NCBI RefSeq assembly: GCF_037042905.1
Contig: NC_087252.1
Span: 4,714,001 to 4,774,000 of the forward strand
Length of the DNA stretch: 60,000 nt
Source of the DNA: Lytechinus pictus
Taxonomy: Eukaryota
Direction of reading: 5' to 3'
Notes under the pieces: generated by a model
What the model was told of the DNA's origin: nothing
The model's database searches: none
Seen by the model: only the letters and a program-made list of their open reading frames with translations
Shown: positions 53,001 through 60,000 of the stretch, in pieces
Layout: every line of letters begins with the position of its first letter
Numbering within the stretch: the first letter of the stretch is position 1
Program-made: the position numbers and the translations under genes

Positions 53001-53764
53001 GGTCCCATACTCCCAACAACTTTCTCTGCCCATTGCCCACGCATGCTGAGCAGTCACTGCATGACACCGCATGCTCGCCATAATTCTCTAATATTTTTTA
53101 ATACTCGCAATATAATTGAACACCTTGAAAGAAACGGTGCAATGGGCATAGGAGCAGTGTCGGTCACACTTCGAATCAAACTTGAAACAAATCTTAAATC
53201 TAATTCCTGGTCATTTCACTGGTTTATTTCCAATTGGTCCAATTCATCCAAATACTGACTTGTCTACTATCATTTGGTCTACCATCAATTCGCCAACTAT
53301 CAGTAGACAAAAATTTTGGCAGTTTACCATTTCACTAACCAAGGCTATGCCTATGGCTTTGAATGCCCCTCTAAATGGCCTTGGTTATGTTTGGTACCCT
53401 TTTGAATTTTACCCAATTTTTGCTGTTATACATGAAGGTGCCCTGTAGAAATGTGGCCTTGTCCTAAAAACATTAAAATATAAGGCACGTTATTGCGTAT
53501 CGATAAAATTGGAGGATATATTTGATATATCCCTATTATGTTTACTTACTCTCTGTCTTTTGAGGATCCTTTGGTGATTTCAAGTTTGGTGTTGAAATTT
53601 TGGTTGGTATAAGAGCATCAGTCATTACACTAAACTCAAAATGGAAAAGGTGTTGAGATTGATATCTCAAGGTGTTAAACTATCAATTAAGTCAATGGTA
53701 TCACTTTTGTTACCCCTTCATGGTCGTTGCAGGAGGAAAACCATAGGACACCCCGTTTACACTC

Positions 53765-53925
53765 CAAACATCAGCAGCATCAGTACACCAATTCCACTAA
53801 CATTGATGCCCAACTACACAAAATCAACACCCACATCAACACCAACAGTACACCATCAATTCCACCAACATCAATGCCCAACTACACAAATTCAACACCC
53901 ACACCAACACCAACACCATACTTGA
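53765..53925. repeat. ACC/AAC-rich low-complexity repeat
   Basis: Two gcccaactacacaaa units and (caccaa)n. Confidence 0.7.
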
Positions 53926-56900
53926 AATCACCCAATCTCTTCAGTGTGACTGAGGATGTACAATGAAGAAAGTGAGGCAGAGTTGAAATTATGTAGGCTG
54001 CACAGCTACATACCTACTCATTATTGGTGTGTATTTTGGGATACAATATGTGGCAAAGATGTTTAAAGGTCCTCATCTCAGACGGAATATCATTTATTTT
54101 CTGGCTATACCAACTAGACTAGGCATTAATTGTCTTGATTTCACATAATAACGGATGATCGCACAATCATAACTTATTTTTTTAATGAGTTTTAAAATAT
54201 ATTGTCACTTTGTGAAAATAAATAGTTAAACATTGCACAGCTACTTTTTTCCATGTAAACTGTACAATGAGATTAAATAATATTAATATGAGACTAAATA
54301 ATACAAAGACACATGGATCATTTTTTGGAATTTTCCTGAAGTGAAGGATCTGAATAGCATATATGTAAAAACATATGCAAACACTTTCGGTGTCAAGTTG
54401 TGAAAACAAAATACTCTTTAATAGCTGTATTTACTTGGTAATGATTGTCTAATAATTTCATGATTAAGCATTATCATGGTCTGAAACTTTTTGGTGTAGT
54501 GATTCCATAACATAAATCCTTAATTTCTGGGCCTCAGGTTCAAATCCCATCCTGCACTAATGCACCCTGCCGCCCTCCACCCAGGTTTGAATTAGTTACC
54601 CAGAAGAATGAGAAAGTCAGTGAGATTGTCCGAAAACAGAATCACAGGGCAGAAAGCGTGTTGTGATTTGCTTTTTGCGTTTTTACAAGCAGAACCACAG
54701 AGTTGAAACCGTGTTCTGATTTTGTTTTTGATATATAAAAAACAAAAATTTAGAATGAGAAATCAGAAATAGGTCCAAAAGCATTTCTGATTTTTTATTT
54801 CTGTTTTTGATCTACAAAAACGAAATCACAACACGGTTTTCTCGTTGTGATTTTGTTTTTGTGTTTTCAAAATCCGAACCACGGGGCTGAATTCCGTTTC
54901 GCTTTTCGATGATTGGAACGGAAAAACAAATTATCCATTCGTACCTTGATTATAGTGCACTGTATGCATGGGACAGCACTTGATTCCAATGATTGGGGTA
55001 TTATAGTACATGCAAGTGCTTTATTAATAGAAGAGCATTGTTTGATGCAGTGGAACATTATTATCAGCAACACATATCTGGGCAATTCCATAAGATATGT
55101 ATGTCTGACTCCATGTATGTGAGACCTTCATGAAATTTCTGTCTCTGAATTCTATTTCTTTTGACAGTCTGTGGTGCTCTCAAACGATCATGGCTTGGTC
55201 ACTTTATGAAGTGAAGTAAAACTTGAGAAAAATGGGGGTCGAGATGTACAAAAAGGTTGATTATTTTACAGTTACCGATCTGTGAACAAGATTATTTTGT
55301 CGGTTCCTACATTATAAGAACACCTATCCCCAATGAAATTCACATCATACTGGAATAATAAAAACATTAAATTGAGTCTAGTCATTGCTGTAAGTTTTTG
55401 AGCTAATATCACTGAACAGACTGGCGACATTTAATGAAATTTCTAACATGCTGAGTTATTTACTTCACACGTTCTGGAACACCAGCGCTAAGCTAATTAC
55501 ATGTTAACACAAGAAAGAGCGATAGTGCACGAAACTAGGTCATAATACTTGAAAAGTGCCTTTGTATACATCTACATGTACCTGTACACGTAGGTTCATT
55601 TAAAATGAATGACTACACTAGATGCATATCTAACTTTATTTCAGTTTCTTTGTCTCTTTGTGATTTATGTCTATGGTATCTCACATACAGAGCAAGAAGG
55701 GAGTTGTTTAAATGTGACTTACCACCCTTTTTGCTCTGAACTGACTAATTAAATATGCTACTTTCACACCTAAGTAATGAAAAGGATCTAATATTACAAA
55801 GTGTGAAGTGGTCCTCCTAGATGACCAGCTTTTACTCATACCAACTTAATGCAATGCTTAATGCAAGACCAATAAAACTTGATCTTCTTCCCGCCCTCTA
55901 GCCTTGCCATACCCAAGTATCATCATCATCCATCCCTCAAGTCATCGCCCACTTGAAAGCGATACCTACATCCTACGCCAGCCATGCCCTGCGTGAGGTA
56001 TGCCTGCCTTGGGGCATGGTGTCAGGATGTTCATTATAGGCTGAACAGATTGACTGAACAGTGGGGTATTAATAAATCAAAGAGCAATAGTCAATGTTTG
56101 CGCTCTCCTGGCCAATGAGTCATGCGTGATCGACTTCTATCAAAACAAACGAGCAACAGGAATGGTCCCTCCCACATTTGCTGTTTGTTTTTCTCAGCAG
56201 TTATGATCTAGTTTAAACATTCTCTTTAAATTCATATACAGTATACATGCACTACACTTTAAAGAGACAACACGTTTTCATCACTAAAATCATATTTCAT
56301 TTTGGGACAAAGAGATGCAAGCAGAATTCAAGAAAATAGAATCCTACACTAGAATATGAATTATTAAAAACTATTTGTCTCTTGACAACGAGGGGGTACT
56401 TCTAATAATATTTTAATAAGACACACAGTGATGCACTGGGGTGAATCAATCATTTAAAGTTCTCTCATCTAACAAGCAGTACATATGTAGAACCCAAACT
56501 CATATCATAATCCAAAGTTCTTCAGCACCATTAAATGTCAAATGCTATGCTCATGATGCAACAGTGGATTTGAAGTACTCTTTTATTACTTTGCCTTCAA
56601 AATATTCAAATATTTGACATCATTGCTTAGTGTCATCTACATGTACCAAATAAGGTTAACAAGAACTTTGAATTTTTAACTTTTTTCAACTTAATTTCAA
56701 AGTCTGACAGAAGCCCATTGATGCAAGACAAACCTCCACATGAGGAGCCATTTACCTCATTAAATAGAAGAAAATGTTCCAGTCATTCGCAAGTCATGCC
56801 TAACTTTACAAATATTTTTATGAAACAGTCCCCTGACTGCAAGTTACCTGACACAAATTCCATCACAATAAATTATTTGAAACCCAACCCTTATTCAAAG

Positions 56901-57405
56901 CAAAAACATTAAGAGTCTCTTATTAATGCACAGGAGGGGTCTGAAGCACTGCTGTGACGTATGTAATTATGCCACAAACCTAAACAGTCATTTATTACAT
57001 TGTTTTATTATTGCCCGATACTACTCTTGAAAGGTCATTTATTTCACAAAGTGTCCATTTACATGTAGAGAGGGGAGGGGAGTACTAGATGACGTTGTAA
57101 GTTACTTGGAGGCCTACTTATTGTTTTTAATATAGGGGAACATTACACGAAGAGTTTTGGCAGTGATTTTTTACTAACTACTTTGTCTCAGCCAATCGGA
57201 TGTAAGGATTTCAGTAGCTTGTAACAGCTGTCAGTGAAAATCACTTCCTATTAGTTTCATAAAATGTTCTCTTGGTTGGGAGATGGATTCGTGAAAGACC
57301 TTGAAGAGTATGGGGAATGTTCATAATAATGCTACTAAGAATTTAGTGTATGCTGGAAAAAATTTGGGAATCACCAAAACGGTGAAAAATCAACCTAAAT
57401 ATTAA

Positions 57406-57834
57406 AGCCCCCATCACACTTATTCGGAATCAGCAGGAATCAAGCAGAAGCTGGAAAGAAAAATATTCAAAAAATCTAGAAATTTTTGGGAGGAACTTAT
57501 GAATTCACCAAACTGGAGTTGAAATTCAGTAAATTGACCAGGTGTATCATCATACACTAGTCAAAATGAACCGCAATGGAGTCAGATTGATAATTCGTGC
57601 TACGTTCTTGGACATTCTAGGGGCATTCTAAATATCCTGACTGCATTCTGAGTACATTCGAAATATTTTTGTCATTTCTTTTGGCCGTCCCGAAGGTTTT
57701 GGTCATGTTCAAAACATCCAAGGGATATTTTCGAACGGTGTTCGAAGTAGATTTAAATGACCAACTGGTGGTCAAACAATAGTCCTTTCATTCAGGCCAA
57801 TTCTGCTTTATTAGGAATAAGTGTGATGGGGGCT
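57406..57834. mobile_element. PIF/Harbinger MITE (429 bp)
   Basis: Perfect 20-bp TIR AGCCCCCATCACACTTATTC. TAA TSD. Confidence 0.88.
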
Positions 57835-58944
57835 TAAAGCACAATAATTTTTCCCCGCACCAATGGCCTCACAAGATAAAAAAAAATGGTGATGGTGAAA
57901 CGAGTGATAAAAAGGATCAAAAACAAAATCAGCCTCACCACTTTTGAAAACAGACTAGTATAATTTGACAAATATTTCAAACTAAAAGCACTATTCTCTC
58001 AATGTAGCAAGATTTGTAAGGATGACTATTTGTCATGCACAGACTATTCAGGATGCTATCCTCGTTTAGCAATGCACGTTTTGGAGCAATACGATGAGAA
58101 TTATCATCAATCCTAAAATACCGCTGAGTTTATTGGACAGGACAAGATGCATCCAACATGTACTGCCTTGAGAAAGGTCAATGTCAAATGTACTTTGTAT
58201 CTAATTCATCATGATTCCTCCAAAACATTACTCTTTTGAATTCTGGATGATATTGAAGATTAGGATGAAGTGAAATGAACAACGCAATACGTATCAAAAC
58301 CAGGGTTTCGTAACACAAACTGTAGTGACTGATTACAAATTTACAATCAATTGCTAAGTTGCATGTCACAGAGCCCTCGATGCATAGTCTGAATACAGTG
58401 TAGTTGGCAAGTGGAGAGCAACAGGCTCTCCAAACATGCAACTGTGGTCTGAAGTTTTAGACTACCACAGGAATATAGATTATGTAATGCTGCTTCACTA
58501 AACAGAGAACGGTGCAGCAATTTTAATAAGTTTAGCAGACTTCTCTAATGACCCACTCGTTGATTAAGGTGCCAATTAAGGGTCTGTGCATGCAGACTAT
58601 TCTCCATGCACACACTACACAGTACAGGATGGCTGTCAATGTATCTCCGCATACGGAATCAATTTTGAATAGTCCGTACAGGCTGCCTGCTAAGAAATCC
58701 TCCCGTAGATCTTGAGCAATTTTCCTTACCAAAATTTTGCCATTAATAGCAAAAACAAAACAGCACTCAATTCATGAGTTGTGTTTTTTAACTTCATAGA
58801 TAGACACTATGATCAATGTTAAAAAAGCGCCCTCTATAGTCCATGACAGGCTAACATTAAGCCACAGACCATCAATTTTCTCTATTTCTCACTGGCCTAG
58901 GAAAGATACCACTAGGTCCCAGGAGACAAAGGGTTAAGACTTAC

Positions 58945-58994
58945 CTTGATTATCCTATCCCCAGTCTGTACTCCTGCTTTGTATGCAGCCCCAT
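58945..58994 (-). CDS. ARHGEF12: PDZ-RhoGEF/LARG (ARHGEF11/12 co-ortholog) exon, PDZ domain: (D)GAAYKAGVQTGDRIIK
   Basis: Acceptor ttctttcttcAG, donor GTAAGT, 50 nt (phase 1 to 0). The peptide closely matches the LARG PDZ segment GAAMRAGVQTGDRIIK as I recall it, and it joins in frame to the 22669 exon. Confidence 0.93.
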
Positions 58995-59121
58995 CTGAAG
59001 AAAGAAGAATACAACAGAAAAACATTAAAAATACACTTTCCATATTACTGTCTGATGATTGTGCCTGTGTCCCCAAGTTGGGATTTGGACCTACTTTCTT
59101 TAAAAGGAGTCTTTACTCCTG

Positions 59122-59436
59122 GGCCCATCTTACAAAGACTTACGATTGATCCATTCAATCGTAACTCTATGGAAATCCATCAGTGTCATAATTTTTTTAA
59201 TAGGAAATTTGCAAAATATCCTTTGGAAAACAATTTTTCTGCGCATCTTGGTTTTGACATCAAAATTTCAAACTCGTCTTGCTCATCAATGCATGAAATC
59301 TTTGTCTCATATTACGTATCAAAATAAAGAGGAATAACTGAATTATATGATTATGTAAATGAAATATCATAAATCATTTGCCTTTGATTAAAAAGACAAG
59401 GGAATCCCAGTTTCCTTTTTTCTGGGACGCACTGTA
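59122..59436. mobile_element. Chimeric remnants: MITE left end plus a Tc1/mariner-type terminus
   Basis: GGCCCATCTTACAAAG left end. Right end ...TTTTCTGGGACGCACTG|TA (CAGTG...TA type). Confidence 0.5.
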
Positions 59437-60000
59437 TATATTAGAATGGAGAGGGGTAATAGCAACATTTTACATATTGTGCAAGGGCAGCTAGAAAGCT
59501 AGATCGAGAAGCTGAAGTGGCTACCCTGGGTGATAAGAGTTATTATGATACTATTATTATCTCTATATATCTTTATCAATATATAGTAGAAAAAAAATTT
59601 GGTGAAACACACTCATATTGTTGAGTTAATCTTGTCTCATGTATGCCCAAAAAGGAGTAATCCAACAACATATTATCGTCAAATGCTAACCAGATGACGC
59701 AAACAGACGACGTCAAAGAATACACATATTCATACATCCTGACGACTTCAATCAAAGTTTTCTCGCGGTGGCAGGCTGCTCATTGCCCCCATCGTTAAGA
59801 AACTACCTTTGATATTTCTGGTGGATTTTCAAGAATAATTTGTATTCATTGGAAGCGGACGAAAGAGGAATAAGGTGATACAAGGCAAATCCAACTAGAG
59901 ATGCAATCTCCGTCGGCTCATGGCTGCAAATGTCAGAGGCAACGGCAGATTTAAGAACCATGAGCCTTTTCTTGCAAAGCAATAAAAAGCTATATAACAT

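Larger units (their letters stand above)
22670..58944 (-). other. 36,275-bp intron within the PDZ-coding region
   Basis: GTAAGT...ttttgcAG ends. The flanking exons join as GDRIIK|VNGTLV, a contiguous PDZ motif. Confidence 0.88.

Noticed and set aside
59803..60000. Possible upstream PDZ exon
   Set aside because: No GxGL/FTVSGDNPV-like motif is present, so that exon must lie beyond the window.

Overview
This is AT-rich metazoan (eukaryotic) genomic DNA. The MITE and SINE repertoire suggests a marine invertebrate, probably a sea urchin or other echinoderm (inference). Almost all ORFs in the supplied track are spurious. The window lies inside one large minus-strand gene, the RGS/PDZ-RhoGEF co-ortholog of ARHGEF11/ARHGEF12 (Drosophila RhoGEF2). 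Five GT-AG exons (58994-58945, 22669-22612, 21820-21684, 11961-11881, 2792-2664) splice in frame to give (D)GAAYKAGVQTGDRIIK|VNGTLVTSSNHVEVVKMIK|SGSFVALTLLGKPPG...TSPQPVN|SQQDAQVKSERLNTFKRMLEQERTLLD|HTENEYLNNPSEKLQKDINGIKTRISVLEKQLTKAANNMIQNK. That is the C-terminal half of the PDZ domain plus the following coiled coil. The gene starts and ends outside the window, and a 36.3-kb intron splits the PDZ domain. Three further symmetric (phase 0-0) candidate cassette exons lie in the introns, and one is the intact member of a local exon triplication. The introns are packed with non-autonomous DNA transposons: PIF/Harbinger MITEs, hAT, a Kolobok-like element, a 4.2-kb Sola-like element and a Helentron-type HINE. 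They also hold a tRNA-derived SINE, a 1.5-kb compound satellite, a dense array of about 20 DR1 nuclear-receptor motifs and an unidentified ~3-kb decayed two-ORF cassette. No CRISPR, rRNA or genuine tRNA gene was found.
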